Assembly (NCBI RefSeq): GCF_020745735.1
Contig: NC_083417.1
Location: 49,972,001-50,036,000 of the forward strand
Direction: 5' to 3'
Length of the DNA stretch: 64,000 bases
DNA from: Hemiscyllium ocellatum
Lineage: Eukaryota
Shown here: positions 24,776-36,645 of the stretch, piece by piece
Position numbering within the stretch: position 1 is the first letter of the stretch
Layout of the letters: each line of letters starts with the position of its first letter
Translations under genes and position numbers: made by a program
Notes under the pieces: model-generated
Told to the model about the DNA's origin: nothing
Databases searched by the model: none
Seen by the model: only the letters and a program-made list of their open reading frames with translations

Positions 24776-26065
24776 AGAAGTAGAGGACCTAGCACTGATC
24801 CTAGTGGCACTCCATTGGTCACAGGCCTCCAGTCTGAAAAACAACTGTCCACCACCACCCTCTATCTTCTAACGTTGAGCCAGTTCTGTATCCAAATGGC
24901 TAGTTCTCTCTGTATTCCATGAGATCTAACCTTGCTCACCAGTCTCCCATGGGGAACCTTGTTGAATGCCTTACTGAAGTCCATATAGATCACATCTATT
25001 GCTCTGTCCTCATCAATTCTCATTGTTACTTCTTCAAACAACTCAATCAAGTTTGTGAGACATGATTTCCCATGCACAAAGCCATGTTGACTATCCCTAA
25101 TCAGTCCTTACCTTTCCAAATAAATGTACATCCTGTCCCTCAGGAATCTCTCCAACAACTTGCTCACCACTGAGGTCAGGCTCACTGGTCTATAGTTCCC
25201 TGGCTTGTCCTTACCACCCTTCTTAAACAGTGGCACCACGTTTGCCAACCTCCAGTCTTCCGGCACCTCACCTGTGACTATCGATGATACAAGTATCTCA
25301 GCAAGAGGCATGTCCTGAGTCAAGTTATGCAATCGTCTTTACTCAAATGCTATTCCCCAAGCTCAGTCAGACTGGTGAGGGTCGATCAGAATACCCTGCA
25401 ACTCACATGCTCCACTTGCCACATATTCCAATAAGAAAGCCAATTGTAGTGCCTGTTTGAAGTCCAGTTAGGCTTCAGCTACAAGGCGTTTTTGCATGGT
25501 TACATCATTAATCCCACATACCAAACAGTCTCTCAGCATCACGTTAAAGGCTTCAACCAAAACCACATGCCTCTGTTAGTCAGTAAAATCTCAGTATGGA
25601 TTCCTCTAGTTCTTGAATTGCCTAAGAAAAATGATTGCAACTCAAAATTTTGGGGTCATACTATTCCTTAACTACGTCCGTCAACTCTTGAAAGGTTTTA
25701 GTATCTGGTGTCTCAGTGAAAGTGAGAGTCCGAATAACCAAAAAAGCTATGGGACTGCAAATTTTCAAGGGAATTACGTGTTGCCTTTCATCTGCCCCAA
25801 TGTCATTTGTCCAGAAAAAAATAACACATTCTTTCCACATACTGGACCCCAGTCTTTGATGGCAGGATTGAATGAGTCAAGCCTCCCAAATAACAGCTTG
25901 ATGCCAGAAATGCTTACCCCAACTCAAAATGACAATGAATCTCTTCAGGAGCATATTTGCTCTCAATGCCACAAAAATAGCTCCACAGAGGCTGGTGTCC
26001 AATCACCACGTCAGCCTTTATTTACATGTGGATAGCTCTCCAAGTGTCAGAACCTCTGACACTCC

Positions 26066-26329
26066 TTTTTTTTTAATATTTTAATCACCAGTATAAATGA
26101 CAAACAAACAGTGAACATGAACAGCAGTATACAAGAAACAACAATTTACAGGGAAAGGGAATGGCAAAGTCAGACCCCAAACCCTATCGTTCAACCAGTT
26201 TTCAGGTGAAATGGGGACAAACCTCAAATCCCACTTTCAGTCATTACAAAAATAATAAATACATACAAGACTTTCCAGTCAAATGAGAAACAGTGCATAG
26301 CATGCAGACACCCCCAGCAACCCAGTAAG
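26066..26329 (-). mobile_element. Unrelated A-tailed retroposon end inserted at the same LTR motif
   Basis: T9 tract directly after tctgacactcc, ending before atgctcctgtttt. No homology to the other three inserts. Confidence 0.55.
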
Positions 26330-26444
26330 GATGCTCCTGTTTTATTTGTTTTTTTGACACTGCTCCAGCTTCCTCAGAGCCAGTTCTCAGAGTGACCAGA
26401 CTCTCTAATACTCCTGGTTATTTTTACTGCTGACACTCCAGTTT

Positions 26445-26723
26445 ATTTATTTTTTCTTTTTTTTTCTTAAACCCCCACACTACTGCCTAACTGCGGTAGT
26501 GCTTATTTTTTCCCCAGCACCAATGTTGTGTGTGTGCAGGTGTGAGACACAGTGAAAGACGCACGCTGCATGAATCTTTATTCAGTTTCCACCACCAGGA
26601 AGAAAGGAAACACCCGAGTGGCCAGTGACAAGCAGAGCCCTTCACATCAAAGGGCAATGCTGTGTGATCAAACAGTGAAGGGGAGGGCAGGGATTAAATC
26701 AAAATAGAGTTGGAGGGGGAAGA
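26445..26723 (-). mobile_element. Non-LTR retroposon 3' end (Tx1-like), copy 3, inside the other LTR
   Basis: Flanked by acactccagttt and acactcctgttt. The minus strand begins with a putative ORF end SPSNSILI*, then AATAAA and an A-rich tail. Confidence 0.72.
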
Positions 26724-27684
26724 ACACTCCTGTTTTAATCTGTCAGCCATGGCTCCCTGATTGGACCAGATTAAAAGCCCCAATCAGGGAACTTTTATTC
26801 TATCAGGTCCACCTGGCTGACCTTGTTATAATCACTACAAAGATCCCCTTCTATCAGTGTCAATGCAAACTTGTTAGTATCTTTTATATTTGTCATCCTA
26901 TCTTTTTATTTTCAAACAAATTTGAATAACAACTGGGTTTGTCATGACATTAATAAAGTAATTCTTTAGGTTTTTCTTAAAGCCTTATTTATTTTGACCT
27001 GGAGAAAAGATTGAAATTGTACCTTGAATGATTTGATTGCTTCAATTACCAGTTGTGACATTGAATGTGGAAAGAAGACTATTAAGGGAGAAATAAAGCA
27101 TATGAGAGTTTAAGTGAGGTAACATTGATCCAAGCATATAGTACAAGTACAAAGGCCAGCAGAGTTTTGTATAAAGTAGTATGTAGTTATCAGTTGTTCA
27201 ATATGGTACGGAGACATGTGGACTGAAGTTCTGTTGCACGTCACAGATAAGCTCAGAGATGGATATGAATGAATCACTGATGAAAGTAAAAGAAAAATTG
27301 AGAATACTGGAAACTGAAACAGAAATCTGAATTTGCACAAAATCCATTGAAAATTTACTGGAACGAATGGCACAAACACTGTGGAAATACAATGCATTGT
27401 AATTTTATTGGTTTCAAATGGAACTTGTGAAACAGAAGGCCAAGTTTCAAAACTAAACAGAATTCTACAGTACATATGCTACAACCATTGCTTTTGTCCA
27501 GTGAGATTCCATAGTGGAAGCCTCGGCTCTGAAAACTATCCTTTTCTACCTAACATGGTATCAGTCCAGGTAAAATGTTCAGATCTCTTGATGCTTGAGG
27601 AAACAAATGGAATGTAGTCTGGCCTATCATGAAGAATGATGACTATGATGACTTCCCAAAGTCTTTATCAGTCTTCCCAAAATG

Positions 27685-28426
27685 TCATGATGTTAGTGTG
27701 TGAGTATGCAAGAGTGTGTATGTGTGTGGTTGTGTGTGTCAAGCGTGCGCGCACACACACAAACACAGACTCTCTCAGATACACAAGCACTGTCTCATGC
27801 GCACACACATACACTCCCACACTCACATCCATGCAAGCACCCTCTCACAGGCTTATACCCCATCATACTCACACACATACTTCACCAAGCTTATACACAC
27901 ACTCTCACATGCACTCACACCCACATGTACACATTCACCTAGTCTCTCCTGCATGCACACACATATATGTTTATGGGGTGAACCTGTATTTGCTGAATTA
28001 TATTTTTCTTTGCTCAAGAAATGCACAACCTACAGTCAATCCATGTAAGATTCTGTAAATCCCACTTTAGAAATAGAACCAGTCTAACACAAGATGGTGA
28101 CACAGACAGATTTTAACCTCACACCTTTAATGCATTGTCTGAGCTGAGATGACACATTAGGTTAGAAAACGTGAATGTGACTTAAAAGGAGTTCTAGGAT
28201 TTATATATTAATGATCCGAAACCAACAAAACCGTTCTAAAAGATGAAAGACTTAATCTAAGTTTGTTTAATATATTACAGCTGCATGACACTGTAACCTT
28301 TTGCTATAAATACTGTGTCTTATGGTCCTGCTCCACAGTTACCTGATGAAGCAGCAGCACTTTGAAAGCTGGTGCCTCCAAATAAACCTGTTAGACTATA
28401 ACTAGGTGTTGTGTGGTTTTTAACTT
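27685..28426 (+). mobile_element. Penelope-like 3' fragment (third family, CA-rich UTR) with decayed hammerhead
   Basis: cctgatgaagcagcagcactttgaaagctg at 28342-28371. End ccaaataaacctgttagactataac...gtttttaactt is shared with the element at 41834. 11-bp duplication ttcccaaaatg at 27674-27684 and 28427-28437. Confidence 0.72.
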
Positions 28427-29552
28427 TTCCCAAAATGAGTATTGTTCACATCAAATACCACTTACTAGCTCCTGCAGAAAATATTTAAGTTAGCTTGTCT
28501 CCTTAGTAATTAACTTATTGTGCTAATGAGAGCAATACATTCATTAGAAGTGGCAGGTCAGGCTATCAGACGATAAAATTTACCGTCCTCTCCTCCACAT
28601 TAGGTGTTAATATCTTCTCAGAGTTTGATCAAACCATCCTCTTTGTGGAAATAAAGTCATTTTGATTTATCATAGTTGTCAGCTTGTTCTTGTCACAATT
28701 TTGATGAAAAGGTGTAAATTCAGTGTATTAAAGCTCTGTCTTGCCAATTGTGTTGGTTATATGTGTATTTACGACTTATTCAACATTAATGAGCTCTTTA
28801 TCTGAGGGACACTTGTTCAGATTTGTTAATGATAGGAATTGGCCCACCATGTACAGACAAAATGAGTGATGTTTGACAGTAATTTTATCTTCTTTCCCAC
28901 TTTTCAAGCTCTCTTCCCCATTTTTATATTCTTAGATCCTTTCTCTCGTATTTGCAGCCTTACTTGCCCACTCCTCAGGTGTCACTCCCCTGCTGGCTGT
29001 CCTATTCCCAGCCTTGTTCCTCTGGCCAGTCAGCTGCACTCTCTCTGGCCTCTCTTCCTACCCAATAGCCCCTGGCATCATTGTCCCTGACCTAGCAGCT
29101 TTGTTTATTGCTGCTATTCGCTTTCTCTACACTGTTGCAACCACAGGCTGCTTATCTCTTGCTTTTGCTGCTGTTGGGTTCTCAGGGAGCATCTGTTCGC
29201 TGATTGGTCACATCAGTGACAGATTGGATTTTCACGAGAGTTTTGAGGGTTTTCAGGGTGAATTCACCTATTGCCCTCAGTATTTTGTGTCCTGCCTGAC
29301 AACTTGCAATTATATAAGTCCTGGAATGTAAGAAGCTATCCCAAAGTGATTCACAAAAGGTGTAATCAAAAACGTCTAGCTTACTGTGTTTACTGCTTCA
29401 GAGCAGTCTCCTCTACATTGGTGAGACCAAATGCTGACAGTGTGATCACTTTGTGGAATACCTCTGCTCTGTCCATGGGAATGAGCCTGACCTTCTGGTT
29501 GCTTGCTATTTCGATATACCATTTTGCTCTTATGCTTAACATCTTTGTGCAA

Positions 29553-30170
29553 GCAAATGCAAAACACTGCAGACATTGGAAATCTGAAGCAAACACAGAA
29601 AACCTTGAAAAAACTCAGCAGGTCTGGCACCATCCATGGAGAGACAGAAATAGAGTTAACATTTCAAGTTTGGTATGACATTTTTTTAGAACTAGTTTTT
29701 GTCTGAGGCCTACTGCAGTGCTCCAGTGAAGCCTAAAGCAACTTAAAGGAACAGAATCTCATTTTTGGTTTAGGCACGTTCAACAACTTCAAACCAGGAT
29801 CTTTATTCTCCACCTTGATTTCTCCCTTTGCTCCCCTCTGTTCCAAAGAAAGCCAATTTTGTTTATATGGGTTTGCTCTCAGCATTGTTTTCCTATTCTC
29901 TGCCATTACCTGGGCTATTAACACCTACTCTTCATCTCTATCTTTTCTCCAGTACAATTAACACTACTTTTGCCTCTGTTCCATCTTACATCTCCTCACT
30001 TCTTTCCAATAGTATAAAAAACATAATTTTATAGACCTCTTTAGTTCTGATAAGAGATCACACCAGATTCAAAATGTTAACCATGGCTCTATCTCCACAG
30101 TTACTGCCAGAACTGTTGATGTTCTCCAGCACTTTATGTTTTTATTTCAGATCTCCAGCACTTTGCTTTT
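29553..30170. mobile_element. Old Penelope-like element with inverted ends and an ORF remnant
   Basis: Left arm actcagcaggtctggcaccatccatggagagacag..gttaacattt versus right arm aaatgttaac..tctccacagttactgccagaactgttga. Internal KEQNLIFGLGT (GIY-YIG end-like) near 29746-29780. Confidence 0.6.
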
Positions 30171-30404
30171 GTAATGAGGAGGAGGAGTTGGGCAAGGATG
30201 AATCTTTGACAGATGGCTAATGAAATTGTATGGGCAACAGAAATATCAGATTAGGGCAATTGTTTAAGAAGGATGCTGGGAACAAGTTTGAAATTTATTT
30301 TCTTTTTGAGATTGTTCAGCGAAGTTCTGAAGAAGAATCTTTGTTGATGTATAACTAACTGATCAGTGTCACTCACTACTAACTTCAGTTGAGATTGCCA
30401 CCTT

Positions 30405-30722
30405 TTAGATTAGATTAGATTACTTACAGTGTGGAAACAGGCCCTTAGGCCCAACAAGTCCACACCGACCCGCCGAAGCGCAACCCACCCATACCCCTAC
30501 ATTTACCCCTTACCTAACACTACGGGCAATTTAGTATGGCCAATTCACCTGACCCGCATCTTTGGACTGTGGGAGGAAACCGGAGCACCCTGAGGAAACC
30601 CACACAGACACGGGGAGAACGTGCAAACTCCACACAGGGGTCAGTCGCCTGAGGCAGGAATTGAACCCGGGTTTCTAGCGCTGTGAGGCAGCAGTGCTAA
30701 CCACTGTGCCACCGTGCTGCCC
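30405..30722 (-). mobile_element. Full-length young HE1-type V-SINE
   Basis: Near reverse complement of 19208-19518, with a (ttaga)n tail. Confidence 0.9.
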
Positions 30723-31178
30723 ACGGTCCAAAACCAGTAAGAGACCAGGATAAAGCCTAAGCAGAAAGTGGAATCTTGGGCTGTGTTTTGATGTTTTTTT
30801 TAAAGTTTGATGAAAACTTTAAGTTGCTTTAATAATTATTGCTTGCAAACTAATGGTGAAAAACTGGACTTTTAAATTTAAAGCACAGTGATTTGTCCTC
30901 CAGCTTCTGTTTTAGGAATTTTCAGAAAGCTCATTCAGAAACTAATCTGAAGCCAGATTATTTAATGCCTGACTAGCCACTGAGCAGTGCTATCATTGTT
31001 CCTTCAAAATGTCTGTAATTATCTACAGGGATTTGCACCTTACAAGACTAATAAGCGTAAATACTGGAATTATTTGCCACTCTATTCCAAACTTATGTGG
31101 TATTTTCTTGTTTATCAATTACACTTTTATATAAACTCAGTGTACCAACTAATTTGCTGTGTGCTATTCTGTTTTCAG

Positions 31179-31291
31179 GTCCAGGCTTAGTGTTTGTTAT
31201 TTATCCTGAAGCAATCTCCACTCTCCCAGGGTCAACATTTTGGGCAATTATGTTCTTCATAATGCTGCTGACATTGGGAATTGACAGCTCA
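31179..31291 (+). CDS. slc6a2: NET-like transporter internal exon, EL4/TM8; 113 nt, phase 1-0
   Basis: Acceptor ctgttttcag| and donor |gtaagt. Translates [38 protein letters not shown]. The DSS ending is NET-type (DAT has DSA). Confidence 0.93.
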
Positions 31292-32710
31292 GTAAGTAAA
31301 ATGCAACTTTACCTCGTGTTCCTCACTGTTCTAATTCTAAACATCAGTAGTTCATAGGCTGGAATATAACCCAGGGAAACAAGGTGACCAGGCCAACTTA
31401 ATCGTGGGACAGATCTGTTATAGTCTTCTGGTGTTGGCAAACCTCCAACAATTCAATCAGAGATGGAATAGGTTAGTACAAGGAACTTGACACCTTGCGG
31501 TGGGATATCAATGAGCTTCATTAATTGACACCAATTATCCCTGACCCCACTGAAATTTACAGTTTGTTCAGGATTAACTGGGAGTCACCAGAGATTCCCT
31601 GTGCTGCCTAAAGGCTGTTCAGCAAACAGATTTGGATTTTCCAGCATCCTACCTGATTTTGGGTTGAGTGCTCATAGTCAAGCATTCAGTGTTCAATTGG
31701 GGGAACTGACAAAAGGAACAGAAGGCTCCACTGAATGCCATCCCCTTGCACTTGCCTCCAATCACCATGCTTCCCTTCCTAACCATCATCTCATTTCCCT
31801 GATTGTAGGGATCCTGGTGAAATCCTGGAGCAATACTAGCAGCAGCCACTGTTCCTGGTGGCAATTCTGGCAATAGAGAACTTGTCAGCCTCCATCTGGC
31901 ATATAATTTGGTTGTGCTTCTCCAATGAAAGTGAGGCAGATTTCCCATTGTTTCTCCAACTGGTGGATGAGAACTCTACCAGCATTAAATCCAGATCTTG
32001 AAATGGACAGCACAGGAACAGACCATTCAATCCACCTATGTTTGTGTTCCACATAAGAAAAACACTTTATTCTTGAAAGCAACTGAGTGCAACTTCAATG
32101 TTGAGAGACAACATGTATCATACTGTCAGGATCTCTGGTAGCAAATTCTTTAAAAGGATCCTTTAAAGATGGCTGCTGTGAAATACAGCAACATCTTCTA
32201 ACTTCTCTTGGTTTTAATGCTGGTCACTTTAAATAATATTAACTCAGCTTGAAGAGATGAATTTCCAATTCGTAAGCCTTGCCACCCTGCTATCACACTG
32301 ACATGAGTGTTTTCCTAGTTTACAACAGTTATTTTAGAGCCCTAATTTAAACTTTCCTCACTTCTAATATCTTGAGGATTAGTGAAGTTTCATGATGATT
32401 GTGTTGGCAGCGAGAGTTCTTTGTGGGCAATTCTACACCTTGATTCACAGCCATAACATAGTAGTTAAATAAAGCAATGATTACTCTCCGACCCAACACC
32501 CCTCAACCACAGCCCATGTGAATTCCACTTTCATCCAGTTATTTTACTTATGCCATTTCATCCCTCGTAGAAAATGCAAAGTTTTTCAATAAAAGGACAA
32601 GGGAGGGAGGGTATAATTTGTAACTACATTAGATATTCAGGCCTTCCTTAGGAACATCAGATGGTGAAATCTTAGACTTCGTTGAATTGTTTAACACCTA
32701 TTTGTCCTCA

Positions 32711-32971
32711 AAAGGTAAAGTTACCATAAAGTTATCATACTCCCAAAGAAGTGTAGGGCTGACCTCTCATTAGAAAGATGACTGCTGGTGAGTTTAACCT
32801 GACGGTCACACTCAGGCCAGTAATGTCGGCATGAAGGTCCCAATTTCTCAAACTTGCCCCTCGCCTGAGGTGTGGTGAACCTCAGGTTAAAATTACTAGC
32901 AGTCCTCTCTCTCTCTCTCTCTCTCTCTGAGAGAGTAGTCCTTCAATTGTGTGGGATTATGGCGACTTTTC
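32711..32971. mobile_element. Head-to-head pair of family-2 SINE 3' halves
   Basis: aaggtaaagttaccata...gtttaacctgacggtcac..ctcagg, followed by cctgaggtgtggtgaacctcaggttaaa...(ct)n...gattatggcgacttt. Confidence 0.6.
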
Positions 32972-34280
32972 CATTTCCAATCTACCCTAATCTCTGTCTC
33001 TTATTTAAAGTAATATCTATGGAGCTGATTAATTAGAACCTGGACTAATTCATTAGGTGGCCAATATCAATTGATATTTGAGATTTATTGAGATTATGAT
33101 TAGTTCATAATGGTGAAAGGAGCAAAGACTTAGAACTTCACTTTGAACCATGAAGTTTTAGAAAGTGAAATTTCCTTCACATTATCAACTACTCTTAATT
33201 TCAAATCTCAATTTGGAGAAAATGTTGTGCAAATAATCTCACCATGTGACTACAGATGTTCATGAAGAAACTTCACCACTATCTTCCCACTGACAACTAG
33301 GGATGGATACTAAATGCTGTCCTTTCAAATAATGTCTAAAGCCCAAGAATGAAGAAAATAAAAGAAACCTTATGTATCTTCACCTGCCATAGCTTTCACT
33401 GTTGGTGACTAGCAGATTAATGGATTGAAATTGTTGTCCATGCTGACACTAGTGAAATATAAAGAAATAGTGGGATGAGAGGATTCAGCTGAGCAAACAC
33501 AAAGATATCAATTTGCGGCTCGTTGCATTTTTGGTGTAATTTCATATAGTTACTCCCTTCTAATATTATTTTGATGCATGACTGATATTCTGCCATGCCA
33601 CAAACAAGAATTCATCTAGAAATACTAGAATACCTAGTTAACAGAAAATTGATGAGTTAAGTAATTTGAAATGCAGAGTTAGGAGGACACAAGTTTGTCC
33701 ACTCAATCACCAGATTTCACTCTTTCTGAAGTGACTCATAGATTTTGGCAGAAAAATTATTTCACTTGTCACATTGGCCTGAAAGGATACGACAGACAAT
33801 CGGTTTAGCCATCCACTATTAGATCCGTCTGGACTACACAGAGCTTTATCAGATCCTGCTCTGTTTGTTAACTCTATTCATTATTTCCAGGATCATTCAG
33901 GAATGCAAAGATAATCCCTGGTTTATTTTATCCACATAAAACTATGTTTCCGCCACCTCACCTCCAGTAAGTGCAAGAAAGTCATGTGTCTTTGACACAA
34001 AAGCGGACACCACCTTTAAGCTGTCTCTGCTGTGCTCCGCATTAAAAAAAACTTTCCTCATACATCTCCCTTAAAATTCCCCCTCTCACTTAAAACTTCT
34101 GCCCCCTAGTATATGACATTTACACCCTGGGAAAGAGACCCCAACTGTCCCCCCTTATCCATTCCCTCGTATTTTTATATACTTCTATCAGATCACCAGT
34201 CAGCCTCTGAAACTCTAATGGAAACAATGCAAGTTTTTCACCTTTATAGCTAAGACACTCCAATCCAGGCAACATCTTTG

Positions 34281-35667
34281 TAGAACATAGGACATAGAAG
34301 AGTACAGCACAGAACAGGCCCTTCAGCCCACGATATTGTGCCGACCATTGATCGTCATGTAAGGTGAACCTAATGTACAAACCCTCAAATTTCTGTGACC
34401 ATATGCATGTCCAGCAGTCTCTTAAATATCCCCAATGACTTCGCTTCCACAACTGCTGCTGGCAACGCATTCCATGCTCTCGCAACTCTCTGTGTAAAGA
34501 ACCCACCTCTGACATCCCCTCTATGCTTTCCGCCAAACAGCTTAAAACTATGACCCCTCGTGTTAACAATTTCTGTCCTGGGAAAAGGTCTCTGGCTATC
34601 AATTCTACCTATGCCTCTCATTACCTTATACACCTTAAATAGGTCCCCTCTCTTCCTTCTTTTTTCCAATGAAAAAAGTCTGAGCTCAGTCAACCTCTCT
34701 TCGTAAGATAAGCCCTTCATTCCAGACAGCATCCTGGTAAACCTCCTCTGAACACTCTCCAAAGCATCCACATCTTTCCTATAACAGGGCGACCAGAACT
34801 GGACACAGTATTCCAAGTGCGGTCTAACCAAAGTTTTATAGAGCTGCAACAAGATCTCATGGCTCTTAAACTCAATCCCCCTGTTAATGAAAGCCAAAAC
34901 ACCATATGTTTTCTTAACAACCCTGTCCACCTGGGTGGCAAGTTTAAGGGATCTATGTACTGGCATACCAAGATCCCGCTGTTCCTCCACACTGCCAAGA
35001 ATCCTATACTCAACTTCCAAGTTCGCCCTTCCAAAATGCATCACCCCGCATTTATCCAAGTTGAACTCCATCTGCCACTTCTCAGCCCATCTCTGCATCC
35101 TGTCAATGTCACGCTGCAGCCTACAACAGCCCTCTATACTGTCAACGACACCTCCAACCTTTGTGTCATCTACAAACTCGCTAAACCGTCCTTCAATCTC
35201 CTCATCCAAGTCATTAATAAAAATTACAAAGAGTAGAGGCCCAAGAACAGAGCCCTGTGGAACACCACTCTAGGCAGAATACTTTACTTCTACTACCACT
35301 CACTGTTTTCTGTGGACCAGCAATTCTGTATCCAGACAGCTAAATTTCCCTGTATCCCATTCTTCCTGACTTTCTGAACGAGCCTACAATGGGGAACCTT
35401 ATCAAATGCCTTGCTGAAGTCCATATACACCACGTCCACCGCTCGACCCTCATCAACTTGTCTAGTAACAGCCTCAAAGAACTCAATAAGATTTGTGAGG
35501 CATGACCTGCCCCTCACAAAGCCGTGCTGACTGCATTTAATCAAGCCATGCTCTTCCAGATGGTCATAAAGCCTATCCCCCAGAATCCTTTCTAACACCT
35601 TGTAAACGACAGACATGAGACTGACTGGCCTGTAATTGCCAGGGATTTCCCTATTTCCTTTCTTGAA
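34281..35667 (-). mobile_element. 5'-truncated CR1 LINE (second subfamily) abutting an older CR1 3' fragment at ~34050-34280
   Basis: 274-aa ORF with FVDDTK, LEYCVQFWSP and FFTQRVARAWNALP. Tail (ctatgtt)n. Confidence 0.92.
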
Positions 35668-36307
35668 GCACCATCCTCAATGAGCTCTTGTAGCAAAGGG
35701 GTAGTGTGCCTATCTCTGAACCAGGAGGCTCAGGTTCCAATCCCACTTGCTCCAGAGGTGTGTAATAATATCTCTGAACAGGTTGATGAGAAAATGCATT
35801 CACCATCCCTCTTCACTTTGGACCCCTTGGCTTGATTATAAACAGCTCAACTCTTCTGCATTGTCAGTATTTGGATGTCCTTTCTCAGGACCAAACCAGG
35901 GCTAGGTAAGACATCTAATTTTGCTGATGTGACTTATAGACTAGAAACAAGTGTGCCTTTTCCATGGACTTTCCCAGCATGCACCAGCAGCACTGAAGTG
36001 GAAAGCCTTAATCAGACATTCAAGTTTTAAGGACACCTTGAAAATTCATTCTTTGAGCTACCAGGAGTATCACTAAAATTTGTTCCTGTAGAACCTTAAG
36101 GCAAAGGCCTTTGGGCTCCAGCAAGACATAATTGATCTTCTCCCTTTAAATCTTTTGATCATTCAATGTATTTCTGAACTTTTCTGTGTTTCTTTTTACT
36201 TCTATTTATGTTGTTTTTTTGTTTAAAAACCCTTATATTTTGAGCATGTGATGAAGTCCCAATGCGTTAAAGGTTGAACTTATTCTTACATGGTTTATTT
36301 CACTTAG

Positions 36308-36436
36308 ATGGGTGGTATGGAGGCTGTTGTCACTGGAATTACAGATGATTTTAAGTCATTGAAGAATCACCGAAAGCTCTTCACATTGGTAACAGCCGGT
36401 GGAACTTTCCTGGTTGCCCTCTTCTGCATCACCAAT
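36308..36436 (+). CDS. slc6a2: NET-like transporter internal exon, TM8-TM9; 129 nt, phase 0-0
   Basis: Acceptor ttatttcacttag| and donor |gtaagt. Translates [43 protein letters not shown]. Confidence 0.93.
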
Positions 36437-36587
36437 GTAAGTGGCGGAAACTGTTTGAAAATCAATAGTGCAGCAGGATGTGCAGCAGGCTGTCAGTTTG
36501 TCAGCTGGATGCAAAACTGGAATTTGTGAATTAGTGTTTGTTCCATAAAATACTGGATTTTCATTGTCATTGATACCTATAATTGGT

Positions 36588-36645
36588 GACTGATTCACAA
36601 CAGCGGTTTTCCGACTGATTCACAACAGCGGTTTTCCAACTGATT
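36588..36645. repeat. 25-bp perfect tandem duplication
   Basis: gactgattcacaacagcggttttcc twice, plus a partial third copy. Confidence 0.9.

Larger units (their letters stand above)
23328..25309 (-). mobile_element. 5'-truncated CR1 LINE nested in the LTR element, itself carrying two Penelope-like insertions
   Basis: Minus-strand ORF pieces VPEDWRLANVVPLFKKG, YMDFSKAF and LRGDLIEVYK. Tail (gactctat)n. Same subfamily as 2311-4496. Confidence 0.92.
21748..26839 (-). mobile_element. Internally deleted Gypsy-type LTR retrotransposon with nested insertions
   Basis: LTRs at ~21748-22655 and ~25972-26839. Polypurine tract (tccctccccc on +) at 22656-22665. PBS-like TGG at ~25970. Gag-like LFGRLDSFNPAIKDW..YVERM near 25800-25900 (-). 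Integrase C-terminal-like GDEVWCRNHGNGP...MYEV...H at 22782-23201 (-). Flanks cagat/aagat. Confidence 0.78.

Noticed and set aside
27636-28058. His/Thr-rich ORFs
   Set aside because: They are produced by the CA-rich low-complexity UTR of a Penelope-like element.
34385-35209. 274-aa ORF, the longest in the track, as a host gene or active reverse transcriptase
   Set aside because: It is the C-terminal part of a 5'-truncated CR1 ORF2, broken upstream by stops and deletions.
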